This document shows, one piece after another, positions 9,433-18,790 of a DNA stretch of 64,000 bases (its first letter is position 1; every line of letters begins with the position of its first letter). The notes under the pieces are model-generated. The model had not been told where the DNA came from. It ran no database searches and saw only the letters and a list, made by a program, of their open reading frames with translations. Source of the DNA: a virus (Duplodnaviria > Caudoviricetes). The stretch spans positions 25,581 through 89,580 of the IMG/VR virus record IMGVR_UViG_3300028832_000118. One strand, 5' to 3'. A program made the translations under genes and the position numbers.

Positions 9433-10269
9433 TTATCTTTTAGGGATAAAGAGTTTTTCAATTGTCAGATTTGAGTTATTTTTTGCAAAACTACATTCTT
9501 TATAAATCTTTTTAACACATACAAAATCATTTGGCATATCATACTCAGAAATAAAAATATTATTCTGATTTTTAGCCCACTTATAAAATTTTTCATAATC
9601 AAAATCCATACCATAATCAAAAGTTCCTTTATACGGAATATCGCAATATATAACACTATTTTCAGGAATTGGCACTAAATCATATTGAGTTGAATAGAAT
9701 TTAATATTTTTATTTTTCAATTCAATGAGATTGTTGAGCCTTCGCAATTTTTCAATGTGCAACATTCTCTTTCCGCTAACACTTCTTATTATTTTCTCCC
9801 TATCTTGATAGTTTACAACCTTATTTAAGGTTTTATTCAGTTTCAAAGATAAACGGATATCAATTTTATTTAGAAGCCTAAAATCATTAAAAAAAAGCAC
9901 ATAATGCAAAGCCCTTTCTATTACTTCATAACCTTCTCCATACATATAGTCTTTCCCATTACTACCAAAACTCCATAAATATCTTACAAATGGGTCATAA
10001 GTCTTCAATTTATGAAATACGTTCCTTGATATATATGCTCTTTTATTTTGATACCTGCCATTAATGGCGTTCTTCAAAAACGATATTGACATTAAATTCA
10101 AATCGTTCACAATTACCCTATTGTATTTGCCACTTAAAACTGCATAATGCGCTACGCTCCCCCCCCCCGTGAATAAATCTACAAAACAATCGGCTTTCGG
10201 AAAAACATCAAATAAATCTTTCAAAATTTTAGTTTTTCCACCAACCCATTCTATTCCATAACTTTTCAT
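9433..10269 (-). CDS. dam: Dam-family (D12 class) N6-adenine DNA methyltransferase
   Basis: WVGGK, FVDLFTGGGSV (motif I), VIYCDIPY (motif IV, DPPY variant). Confidence 0.85.
   Translation of the reverse strand: MKSYGIEWVGGKTKILKDLFDVFPKADCFVDLFTGGGSVAHYAVLSGKYNRVIVNDLNLMSISFLKNAINGRYQNKRAYISRNVFHKLKTYDPFVRYLWSFGSNGKDYMYGEGYEVIERALHYVLFFNDFRLLNKIDIRLSLKLNKTLNKVVNYQDREKIIRSVSGKRMLHIEKLRRLNNLIELKNKNIKFYSTQYDLVPIPENSVIYCDIPYKGTFDYGMDFDYEKFYKWAKNQNNIFISEYDMPNDFVCVKKIYKECSFAKNNSNLTIEKLFIPKR
10159..10168 (-). repeat. G10 homopolymer inside dam motif I (currently in frame)
   Basis: Plus strand gct-CCCCCCCCCC-gt; reads ACG GGG GGG GGG AGC (TGGGS). Confidence 0.9.
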
Positions 10270-10272
10270 ATT

Positions 10273-10590
10273 CTAATCCTCCACCTTCAAAATTTTGCGT
10301 TCAATCTTCTTTTGCATCGTTCTATCAAATACAACCATTTTTTCGTCTATTCTGCTAACTAAAATAATCGGCTCGCATAAATATTCATAAAGGGATATTT
10401 CATTAGTGAATGACGTTATTTCACCCCCCTCCGCTATCTCTTCAAATAACTTATCAAAATTCTCTATGCTAATACCATCCTCCAGCTCTTTTCGACTAAC
10501 GTAACAAAGGCGGTTGACGGATGTATCAAGCTCGGTCGCTATTATTTGGATGTCAAAATCTAATTCCTGATAATCTTTCAAAAATTTCAT
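10273..10590 (-). CDS. Hypothetical protein
   Basis: 105 aa ORF translationally coupled to its neighbours. Confidence 0.6.
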   Translation of the reverse strand: MKFLKDYQELDFDIQIIATELDTSVNRLCYVSRKELEDGISIENFDKLFEEIAEGGEITSFTNEISLYEYLCEPIILVSRIDEKMVVFDRTMQKKIERKILKVED

Positions 10591-11672
10591 AACGATAATA
10601 CTTTTGTTTTTGGTACAAATTTACTTCTTTGCTTTCCCTCCCCTATCTGCATTTTCCAATACTTTTGAAATTCACAAAGCCACATTTCAATCTGATGTAA
10701 CGTAATATTGCAAACCCCCGTTGTATAATATTCACCATAAACCTTATTCCAATATAAATATGGAAAATTCTCACCCCTTCTATCCGCAATTTCCTTCAGC
10801 TCTTTTTTAGCTAAATCTCTCAACCAATAAATTGCCTGCTTCTGCTCTTTTATGGTATTCAAGCTCGGATAAATCAATCTAATGCCTATGCTGGCGCCTG
10901 GCCCAACGTTGGTATAGTCGTTTTGGTCAAAACGCATAAAGGTACGTTTGGTATATCTTGGTATATAAGTCAAATCCTGATAAAGCTCGTGCGAAATAAA
11001 AGACGCTACAGTTGGTATAGTGTTAAGCTCTTCAATAAGCTCTTCAGCCGTACTGCAATTAGTAATAACATCGTAAATTTCGGGAATTTTATCGTGAAGG
11101 GCTGGCAGCGCAATACGTGTATATACATAATCCCGTTTCTCGTGGGGAGCGCACGCTGAATTGATTAAATAAGCGTTTGTAAATGGGTTTTGACCGCTCG
11201 CTCGCACCCCGTTTATAAATTTTTCAAATTCCAGCTCGTCATACTCATCATAATCGGGTATTCCATTTTTCCATCGGTAGGAGGGAATAAACTCAGTGTT
11301 TTGATTGAATAAATCCCGTTTAATATTCTTTGGATGGAATGTAAAGGTTTCGGGATTATTAAACAATCTATAAACCATCATCTTCCAAATAAGATTAAGG
11401 TCATCCAACCCGTCATCCAAAATAATAGTGCTAATTAAAAATTGACTGCTCCTATCTAATTCCCTATACACGTTGGTGAATTTAGAATTACGCAAAATTG
11501 GGTCATCCGTCCAAGGTGCTGGCACTTTATCTAAAAAGCGTTTTTTCCAAATCATCTGCCGCTCGTACATTTTTTCAAAAAACAGTTTCAAGTGCGGCTC
11601 GTAAACTTCTAAATTTTCATCAGGCAGTTTATCTGCCCAGCTGTAACAATTCCAATTCATAACTTTTACCAA
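10587..11672 (-). CDS. aGPT-Pplase (alpha-glutamyl/putrescinyl-thymine pyrophosphorylase) clade-1-like DNA base-modification enzyme
   Basis: WTDDPILRNSKFTNVYRELDR, FNNPET, FTNAY, GPGAxxGI, IEMWLCEFxKY motifs recalled from this glycosylase-fold family. Confidence 0.75.
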   Translation of the reverse strand: MVKVMNWNCYSWADKLPDENLEVYEPHLKLFFEKMYERQMIWKKRFLDKVPAPWTDDPILRNSKFTNVYRELDRSSQFLISTIILDDGLDDLNLIWKMMVYRLFNNPETFTFHPKNIKRDLFNQNTEFIPSYRWKNGIPDYDEYDELEFEKFINGVRASGQNPFTNAYLINSACAPHEKRDYVYTRIALPALHDKIPEIYDVITNCSTAEELIEELNTIPTVASFISHELYQDLTYIPRYTKRTFMRFDQNDYTNVGPGASIGIRLIYPSLNTIKEQKQAIYWLRDLAKKELKEIADRRGENFPYLYWNKVYGEYYTTGVCNITLHQIEMWLCEFQKYWKMQIGEGKQRSKFVPKTKVLSL

Positions 11673-12310
11673 TTCATTTTATTAACAAATTCATTTATAC
11701 CCTTACGATGAATTTCCACAATGGCATTCGTTCCCTCCTTGGATAATAAAAACCTTACCTCATCTATACAATCCTGAAACATATTCTCGGTTAGTACGGC
11801 TGGGCAGTTTGGAATTTGGCACATCGCAAATTTCGCCTCATAGTCATCATCGCCATCACTGCGGTCTTTTCTCGTTTTTTGCCCCAGTGGGGTTAGCACC
11901 TCTACAGCGGCATCGTATAAGCACTGGGCCAGCTTATCAGAATTGTTTTGCCCAGGTGTAGTCCATACTGACCACCCGTATGCCTTTTTCCACTCTTTAC
12001 CGCTCCCAGCAGCATTATTATGTATAGATATGGATAAAGTATGTTTACCAACCTTCTTTGCCTCTTTAACTGCTGCATTTATCCTGCGTCCACGCTCTGC
12101 TAATGTTACGTCATTCAATTCAGGTGTAATAATCTTTACTTCATACCCCTCATCCTTCAATACATCTGCAAGCATTCTAACGATTTCACGACAATACATA
12201 TATTCACGGAAAGGTAGGGTTGGTGGTACCTTATTAGCTGACCACGGACTACGCTTTCCAGCTGTATCCTCTCCGTGCCCATTATCAAGACAAATTACTA
12301 CATTTTTCAT
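11666..12310 (-). CDS. N-acetylmuramoyl-L-alanine amidase (Amidase_3), endolysin
   Basis: LDNGHG, E, SIHNNA and VLTEN zinc-amidase motifs. Confidence 0.9.
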   Translation of the reverse strand: MKNVVICLDNGHGEDTAGKRSPWSANKVPPTLPFREYMYCREIVRMLADVLKDEGYEVKIITPELNDVTLAERGRRINAAVKEAKKVGKHTLSISIHNNAAGSGKEWKKAYGWSVWTTPGQNNSDKLAQCLYDAAVEVLTPLGQKTRKDRSDGDDDYEAKFAMCQIPNCPAVLTENMFQDCIDEVRFLLSKEGTNAIVEIHRKGINEFVNKMNW

Positions 12311-12312
12311 AA

Positions 12313-12612
12313 TTATAATTTTTTCAAGTTTATCCTTATTTTCAACTCCCTACGTGCTTCCACATTCTTTTTAGCTACTAATTTCAAAAGCGTAATTTTA
12401 TCTAATTTTTTCAAGCTACGCTTACTCGCCAAAAAGAGTTCAGCCATAGGCTCGTATATATTAACTCTGTTCGCCAAGCCACTATCCCTATCGGAATAAT
12501 AGCAATGAAGCATGGGACAATATTCACTGCCTATTATCGCTAAAACCTTAAACAACTGCCTTCCAAATAGCTTCGGGCATCTTATTACATCACCCTCCTT
12601 AAAAAACCTCAT
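12313..12612 (-). CDS. Hypothetical protein
   Basis: 99 aa ORF in an operon-like arrangement. Confidence 0.6.
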   Translation of the reverse strand: MRFFKEGDVIRCPKLFGRQLFKVLAIIGSEYCPMLHCYYSDRDSGLANRVNIYEPMAELFLASKRSLKKLDKITLLKLVAKKNVEARRELKIRINLKKL

Positions 12613-12620
12613 AATGCGTT

Positions 12621-13436
12621 CTATCTATTATAAATTAGTTCATTATCAAAGGTTTGATTATCAAAGATAAAATGCGCCTTACGTGCTAATACGTTAATAG
12701 GCATCTGCTTCAGCTTCTCATCGTCAAATCCGCAAAATTTACTCTCCCTTACTTTCATCAACTCCCTATTTACGTCAATGACGTGATAGACGGGATAGTG
12801 AGAATATCTGATTGTTATACTTACGTTAGCAGCTGGGTCATTTACATCCTTCATATCAATATACGTCAAAATGTTCTCGTTAAACACTATCGTATTTTTA
12901 TCAACTTCATAATCATCCCCTTCTTTTAACTCTTTTAACGCTGTATTATCGCTAACGAAAAGAGCCATGCGACTAATTTTCAAGGGTTCATAAATCGGAT
13001 ATGCTATCAACTGTCCCTGCCAAATAACGGGGTTCAAAACCTCGCTATACCACTCTTCCAGCTGCAACAAAATAATCCTATCCATAAACCCAAGTTTATC
13101 CGCTCCCTTGGTAGTAATAGAGGCGGTGCCACGATTTACTTCACTCCAATCCTGATAATGCTTCTTGCTATCCATATGCTGCGCCACTACCCTCGTTTCA
13201 GTTCTATCGGTAAACAACCAGCCTCTTCCAAGACAATTCTTACAAGTGCTCATAGCCTGCCCAGTCGCCTTATCAGTACAAGGGCATCGCATCGCCTTAT
13301 CAATATACGCATCATAACCATGCGCCTGAATTAACTCTTCAAAATCCCTAACTCTCCAACCTATTCTTGGGTCAACCAAGGTAGCTGGAGTTTGATGAAT
13401 AACGGGTGGATTAGTAACTATGCTTTTGCCTTCCAT
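12621..13436 (-). CDS. Putative neck / head-tail connector protein
   Basis: CPC...CxxCxGxGW motif; position among structural genes. Confidence 0.5.
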   Translation of the reverse strand: MEGKSIVTNPPVIHQTPATLVDPRIGWRVRDFEELIQAHGYDAYIDKAMRCPCTDKATGQAMSTCKNCLGRGWLFTDRTETRVVAQHMDSKKHYQDWSEVNRGTASITTKGADKLGFMDRIILLQLEEWYSEVLNPVIWQGQLIAYPIYEPLKISRMALFVSDNTALKELKEGDDYEVDKNTIVFNENILTYIDMKDVNDPAANVSITIRYSHYPVYHVIDVNRELMKVRESKFCGFDDEKLKQMPINVLARKAHFIFDNQTFDNELIYNR

Positions 13437-13437
13437 T

Positions 13438-14238
13438 TTACAAAATTTTATCTAAATACTCACTAACTAAATTTTCAACAATAGTATCAACATCAACCTG
13501 CTCATACGCTTTTTCGGCTAAATGGCGGGCTTCTATGCCTTTATGTATCCAGCTCAATGGGTCTGAATTTTTGCCTGCTCTCCTAAACGTACCATAGGTA
13601 TTTTGTTGGACGCTGCCATAGGTAGCAGTCTTTTTAATCATTCCCTCAAAGATAGAATTTTTGTGCCTATATTCTGCATATAAGAGCTGATTATTTTGAT
13701 AGATAGCCTCCCTTGAACGGGGTACATCGTGAGGGCTTGGAATTTCTGATTTAAGCAATGGAGAGCCTGCAAACTTACCCTTTATTACATTATAAACACT
13801 CATCGGCATTTCAGCCGAAAAACCAGCTTGTCCCACTATTCCTGGCGTACCTATGCGGAATGGGATAGTAAGATACCAATCTCCACCTGCTGAAATCATA
13901 TTCCCCTTACGGCTGTATTTCGGTATAGTGTATTGAACCGCTTGGGATTTTTTGAACCCTTCTTTGAGGTCAAACGGGGCTGCACCCTGCTCAACCATAT
14001 TTGGTACAACCCCCGTAAGTACAATATTTTTTTCTAATTTCCCCTTATCTACGATATTCAGATTTTGCAAGTATTCTGGCAAAGTGGATTTTAATTCCTT
14101 CTTTGCCATCGCTTCCCATAACGAATAAATTTCACCAGCAACCGCATTTATACAACTTTCGGTCAATACGTCTATTTCGTTTGCCGTAAGTCCAAATTGT
14201 TGCTGCAATCTCGTTAAATCTATCGTTATTGGAGACAT
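13438..14238 (-). CDS. Putative neck / tail-completion protein
   Basis: MVEQGAxPFDLKxG, YLTIPFR and SWIHKG motifs seen in myovirus neck proteins; context. Confidence 0.5.
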   Translation of the reverse strand: MSPITIDLTRLQQQFGLTANEIDVLTESCINAVAGEIYSLWEAMAKKELKSTLPEYLQNLNIVDKGKLEKNIVLTGVVPNMVEQGAAPFDLKEGFKKSQAVQYTIPKYSRKGNMISAGGDWYLTIPFRIGTPGIVGQAGFSAEMPMSVYNVIKGKFAGSPLLKSEIPSPHDVPRSREAIYQNNQLLYAEYRHKNSIFEGMIKKTATYGSVQQNTYGTFRRAGKNSDPLSWIHKGIEARHLAEKAYEQVDVDTIVENLVSEYLDKIL

Positions 14239-14241
14239 AAT

Positions 14242-14429
14242 TTACAAATCTTTATATTCATATTTTCCAATTCTAACTTTTTGCCCCAAAAAATTAGTAG
14301 TATATTCTTCAAACTCTTCAATTTTATCACCCGTAATTAAATAATTACTATTTTTTGCTAATCGGTAGAAAAAGATTTAATTATGTTCTCCTGAACTGAT
14401 AATCTATGTAATTGTATTAAATTTTTCAT
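14242..14429 (-). pseudogene. Frameshifted fifth member of the KSF-leader family
   Basis: MKNLIQLHRLSVQENIIKSFSTD* stops at TAG (14358-14360); adding one T (GAT TTA GCA AAA) gives a 62-aa ORF ending at 14242. Confidence 0.65.
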
Positions 14430-14435
14430 AAGATT

Positions 14436-15113
14436 TTATTTTGCATAATCCTCTTTTATCATATCAAAATCTACATCAAAACCATAATTCCAATTGGGCG
14501 TACTCTTTTTTATTTTGAAAAACGTATCTTTATCAAGTTTTCCATCTTTAATCAATTTACCAATTTTTTTATAAAATTTAACATCAGCCGCTAATGCCGC
14601 ATCTTGGTCAAAATTATCGTCTTTATCATACGCTTTATCATAATCTTTTTCCAATTGAGAAAAAGCAGCTTTCAAGTCATTAACAACCTTATTATCGTCA
14701 TCGCCATTATCCTTTCTCTCGTTACCCTCCTTCGGCACAACCATCTTTCCGCCTCCCTTTATATCATAATTGCCATCCTTCTCGTTCCATTTCTCATCGG
14801 GGTCAAAACCTAATTCCTCAAAAAAATCCTCCTTAATTTTCTTACCATTTTTATCGTAAATCTCAACCCAAGCATCCTCATCCTGCAATTGCATACCACG
14901 AGGCACTTTTACAGAAGCGGTTTTTTCTTTCCCCTCTTTTTTCTTAATTACTCTCCAATCAAATTTTCCTGGTGCATATTCAGTCCAAACCTTTTTACCA
15001 TCGCTGCTAATATCTCCAGCGACACGGGCTTTTTCAATATCTGCTCCAAAACTCTTTTTCAAACACTCCGCAACCATTCTGCGGTGGCTACTAATAATGT
15101 CGTTAATTTCCAT
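14436..15113 (-). CDS. KSF-leader family protein with WTEYAPGKFDW module, 225 aa
   Basis: ...SHRRMVAECLKKSFGADIEKARVAGD...GKKVWTEYAPGKFDWRVIKKKEG. Confidence 0.6.
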   Translation of the reverse strand: MEINDIISSHRRMVAECLKKSFGADIEKARVAGDISSDGKKVWTEYAPGKFDWRVIKKKEGKEKTASVKVPRGMQLQDEDAWVEIYDKNGKKIKEDFFEELGFDPDEKWNEKDGNYDIKGGGKMVVPKEGNERKDNGDDDNKVVNDLKAAFSQLEKDYDKAYDKDDNFDQDAALAADVKFYKKIGKLIKDGKLDKDTFFKIKKSTPNWNYGFDVDFDMIKEDYAK

Positions 15114-15146
15114 AATGTATAAAGTTTTATTATTGTTTTATTTTTA

Positions 15147-15812
15147 TTATATGTACCATCCTACAAGTCTTGCATTTTTTTCACTTATAAAATGCTTGCT
15201 TATATTACTAATTACCCTTCCATCAAGTCTTTTTAATCTCCAACTTCCATTATCATTTTTTTCTAACCGAACATCTTCGGGATTAACTCCACTCTTACCA
15301 ACTTTATCTAAAACATTTTTAATAACAGAATTTACCTCCCTCTTTGCTTCTGAACTCAATTTTTCATATTTTTTATCAAAATCAGATTTAGTCTTACCAT
15401 CTACGTCAGTATATTTATTAAAATAAATCATATCACCTACTACCTTACCAATTTTTTTATCGCTTACAGAAAGTTTAACATCATCAAATTCCGTAATTTT
15501 AACACTTGCGCCAATTATCTTAACCAAATCATCTTCATTATCGGGATAAGGCATAAAATATTTGAACTGCTTATAACTTGAAGACGTATTTTTCTCAACT
15601 CCATACTTTTCATCAATATTTTCTTTTTCTCCCTCTTTTTTCTTAATTACTCTCCAATCAAATTTATTCGGAGCGTATTCGGTATAAACTAATGTTTTCC
15701 CGTTTACCACCTTTGTATCGCCTGCTACGTGGGCTTTCTCTATATCGCCTTCAAACGATTTTTGAATATTATTTACAACAGCTTTTCTATGTTCTAAAAT
15801 AAGATTTTCCAT
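15147..15812 (-). CDS. KSF-leader family protein with YTEYAPNKFDW module, 221 aa
   Basis: ...EHRKAVVNNIQKSFEGDIEKAHVAGD...GKTLVYTEYAPNKFDWRVIKKKEG; shares about 35 identical bp with the 14436 gene. Confidence 0.6.
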   Translation of the reverse strand: MENLILEHRKAVVNNIQKSFEGDIEKAHVAGDTKVVNGKTLVYTEYAPNKFDWRVIKKKEGEKENIDEKYGVEKNTSSSYKQFKYFMPYPDNEDDLVKIIGASVKITEFDDVKLSVSDKKIGKVVGDMIYFNKYTDVDGKTKSDFDKKYEKLSSEAKREVNSVIKNVLDKVGKSGVNPEDVRLEKNDNGSWRLKRLDGRVISNISKHFISEKNARLVGWYI

Positions 15813-15850
15813 AATATTATAATTTTGATTTTACTAAAAAATAATAGCTG

Positions 15851-17563
15851 TTAAATGAAAGTATATTTAAATCCCGTGGTAATAATGTTAGCACCTAACT
15901 TTGCAAGCCAAAAGGAGGATGAAATATCATCGTGCTCCCCTACGCTCTCTAACCCCTTATCAGTAAAAGCAACCGAACCCAAATCCGAAAAAATCAAATC
16001 TTTTATATCCTGCGAATATCTATCACCAACGGGAATATGAATTTTAGAACGCTCAAAATCTATTGCAAGTCCAGGCCAACCAGTCTTTAAGTCGTACTTA
16101 TCAATACCAGTGGTATGTCCTACAACGGGCAATCCCTGCCTATCTGTTTCCTGCACAAAAATCTGCTGAAATACATTATCTTCCAGCACCATTGTATTTG
16201 GTCTAAATCTCACGTTAATGCCCTTCAATATCTGCACCTGCTCGTGGAATGTTCTGCCTTTGCCCCGTTCTAAATTCAGCAGCCATCTTTCACCGCTTTC
16301 GTCATCCACTCCCCAAGTAGAAAATACATAATAGTCTGAACCAACATTGCCACTTATAGCAAAATCGCATCCCGTAACCACTTTATTAAACTTTATCGGA
16401 AAATCATCCCTATTACGCACCAAGCAGTAATTTTCCATCCTTACTAACGACTTCTCCAATATCTTTAAGGGGAATATTGATGACTCATTCGTAATCGGTC
16501 GGCAAAGATTTTCACGGCTGAAAATGATATTGCCCTGCGTGGCTCGCTTCTCCATAAGGTCGTGAAAACTCCAACGCTGAGGCCATAGTATTCTGCCGTC
16601 AGGAAATATAGCGGGATATTCAATAACAAACCAACCACGCTTTTTATCACGGCTGGAAATCTCCTCACTTTTACTTTTCAAGTCGCCATAAAGGTCAAGA
16701 CTATGAAACGGGGTGCCAACTACTATTATCTGCCCGCCAGGGACTAACATATTCATAATTACAGAATGAAAATAATCAATGTTTTTCTGACGCTGCAATG
16801 ACGAATAAATCACGTTATCCTTTAATCCATCATCTACTATTATCCAATACGGGTGAGCACCACGGACAGAACTGCCAAAACCCTTACACGTCAACCTCGC
16901 CCCGTTTTTACAAACAATATTCGTACTTGCCCAAGCTCCACTCTTGCTATCAGGCATCAACCTCTCCTTCAAAATATCGTTGCTTTCAATATTAGTTTTC
17001 AAAATCTCCATAAGGTCAACTGACTGCTGCAAAGAGAATGAAAAGAGGTAGCCACGATTGGAGGTTGATTTTGAAGGTCTGCGTGAATATACCTTTCGGG
17101 TTGGCTTGGAGTAGCGGTAAAGCTGCCAAGCTGGATAGGCATTGGAGAAGTAATATGATTTACCATGGTCGCGTGCCGCCTCTATGCACAATTTGTTATG
17201 CTTATGCACTAAATCCCCCCATTCCAAGTGATGCCAAGACAACTGAAAATCAGGCAAAACTGAAGTAATAAAGTAAGACAGATTTTTACACCGCAATATC
17301 TCTTCCACTGACTCAGCCAGTCGGTCGGTGTACTTTGGTGCAAAATCTACGCTATTATTGCCCGTAAACATAACATTATAGGTATCTTTCATTAAGTTAT
17401 CAAGCACGACATCTAAATCTCCACCATAGCCTGATGCAAGCTCTAAAATACCTGCGTCATCCATATTGTCTATTATGTCATCTATGATATTTAAGCACTC
17501 TATTTGGTGCAGGGGACTTTGTAACGCTATTGCCATAATCTTATAAATAAAAAGATTTTCCAA
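15851..17563 (-). CDS. terL: Terminase large subunit (the start may be 17536)
   Basis: Walker A IEAARDHGKS, Walker B IIVDDG, VVGTP, nuclease CDFA...HDDI; no intein seen. Confidence 0.92.
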   Translation of the reverse strand: MENLFIYKIMAIALQSPLHQIECLNIIDDIIDNMDDAGILELASGYGGDLDVVLDNLMKDTYNVMFTGNNSVDFAPKYTDRLAESVEEILRCKNLSYFITSVLPDFQLSWHHLEWGDLVHKHNKLCIEAARDHGKSYYFSNAYPAWQLYRYSKPTRKVYSRRPSKSTSNRGYLFSFSLQQSVDLMEILKTNIESNDILKERLMPDSKSGAWASTNIVCKNGARLTCKGFGSSVRGAHPYWIIVDDGLKDNVIYSSLQRQKNIDYFHSVIMNMLVPGGQIIVVGTPFHSLDLYGDLKSKSEEISSRDKKRGWFVIEYPAIFPDGRILWPQRWSFHDLMEKRATQGNIIFSRENLCRPITNESSIFPLKILEKSLVRMENYCLVRNRDDFPIKFNKVVTGCDFAISGNVGSDYYVFSTWGVDDESGERWLLNLERGKGRTFHEQVQILKGINVRFRPNTMVLEDNVFQQIFVQETDRQGLPVVGHTTGIDKYDLKTGWPGLAIDFERSKIHIPVGDRYSQDIKDLIFSDLGSVAFTDKGLESVGEHDDISSSFWLAKLGANIITTGFKYTFI

Positions 17564-17607
17564 GCCTAAATAGCGTGGAAAATCGTGTTGTAAACTAATT
17601 TAAGGGA

Positions 17608-18366
17608 CTAACCCCGTATTGACTTTTTCAAATCCTCTATAAACTGTTCTAAAATTTTATCCTTATCTGTCCCATCCTTATTAACGGCTGCGCATTCATA
17701 TTTCAGATATTGGGCTGCTACAACGCTAATATCGCATTCAAGCTCATTCTTCAAATTATCCACAATATCCTGCTCGTCAAAAACAAATCTAAACTCAAAA
17801 CCCTTGCCGCCCTTATTGCCAATCTTATCCGTAAATTCAACGTAACCAAATGCGGATAGCATCGCCAAAACATCGGTAGCCTGACTATGGCTCATAGTAG
17901 TTAGCTTGACTACCATGGTACGTGTAAACACAGGGTATTTCTTTTCCAGCTCAATCGGTGCATTCCGTGTAAGAATATTCCACAGCTTCATCTGATGTTC
18001 CTTCGCCATCTTTCGGTTTCGCTCGTTTCCAAGGAATTGAGAAATGGCGTCAATATTGCTACGCTTCTCACCTCTCTCTTTAAGGTAATCAAATATCACC
18101 TTATCATCCAAAGCAACTACCTCAACCCCATTTGCACTTGCATATTCAGCAGCTACTTTTTTTACACTCGGATTCAAGCAAGCCATAATCAAGACTTTTT
18201 CTTCAGGCTTCTGCTCCGCTACTGCTGCCACTTCCTCTTCTACTAATGGTGTTTCAGGTGCTTTTTCTTTTGTTTTAGCCGTTTTGGTCTTTGCGGTCGT
18301 ACTCTTTTTAGTTTTTTTCTTTTCAGGCTCTTTAACAGCCTCTTTTACGTTTTTTTCTTTTTCCAT
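17608..18366 (-). CDS. Hypothetical protein with K/T/E-rich N-terminus
   Basis: 252 aa ORF. Confidence 0.6.
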   Translation of the reverse strand: MEKEKNVKEAVKEPEKKKTKKSTTAKTKTAKTKEKAPETPLVEEEVAAVAEQKPEEKVLIMACLNPSVKKVAAEYASANGVEVVALDDKVIFDYLKERGEKRSNIDAISQFLGNERNRKMAKEHQMKLWNILTRNAPIELEKKYPVFTRTMVVKLTTMSHSQATDVLAMLSAFGYVEFTDKIGNKGGKGFEFRFVFDEQDIVDNLKNELECDISVVAAQYLKYECAAVNKDGTDKDKILEQFIEDLKKSIRG

Positions 18367-18371
18367 AATTC

Positions 18372-18461
18372 TTATTTTTTACAAACTAAACAAACTTCTT
18401 TCCCGTTTACGATTTTCACTGATGCAATACAACAGCACCGCTTGCAGAATTTGAATTTCAT
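18372..18461 (-). CDS. 29-aa Cys-rich micropeptide (zinc-ribbon-like)
   Basis: MKFKFCKRCCCIASVKIVNGKEVCLVCKK; ATGA overlap with the upstream stop codon. Confidence 0.5.
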   Translation of the reverse strand: MKFKFCKRCCCIASVKIVNGKEVCLVCKK

Positions 18462-18790
18462 CCCTTTATAGGTTTTAAGTTATAACGCTGATAAATCTCA
18501 TTCAACCACTCGCATTTTTCGCCACGCCTCTCTAACTGACTTATATATGTTTTAATTAAAGGGATTGAAATTCTTTTAGGCTTCTCCCCTCCCTTGATAT
18601 TGAACTTTTGCTGCGCAATAGCTATCCCAGCCTTCAGCCCTTCATTATATACCACCACCTCATTTTCCCCTCCGTACACGTAAACATACGCCAGCAGTTT
18701 TGCAGCGAAAGAATTATTCATCATGCTCGCTCCTATGCAATTAAATGCAGCCTCCATCTGAGCTGCCAGCTGATATGTGTTATCTTGCAT
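18458..18790 (-). CDS. Hypothetical protein
   Basis: 110 aa ORF, coupled to its neighbours. Confidence 0.55.
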   Translation of the reverse strand: MQDNTYQLAAQMEAAFNCIGASMMNNSFAAKLLAYVYVYGGENEVVVYNEGLKAGIAIAQQKFNIKGGEKPKRISIPLIKTYISQLERRGEKCEWLNEIYQRYNLKPIKG

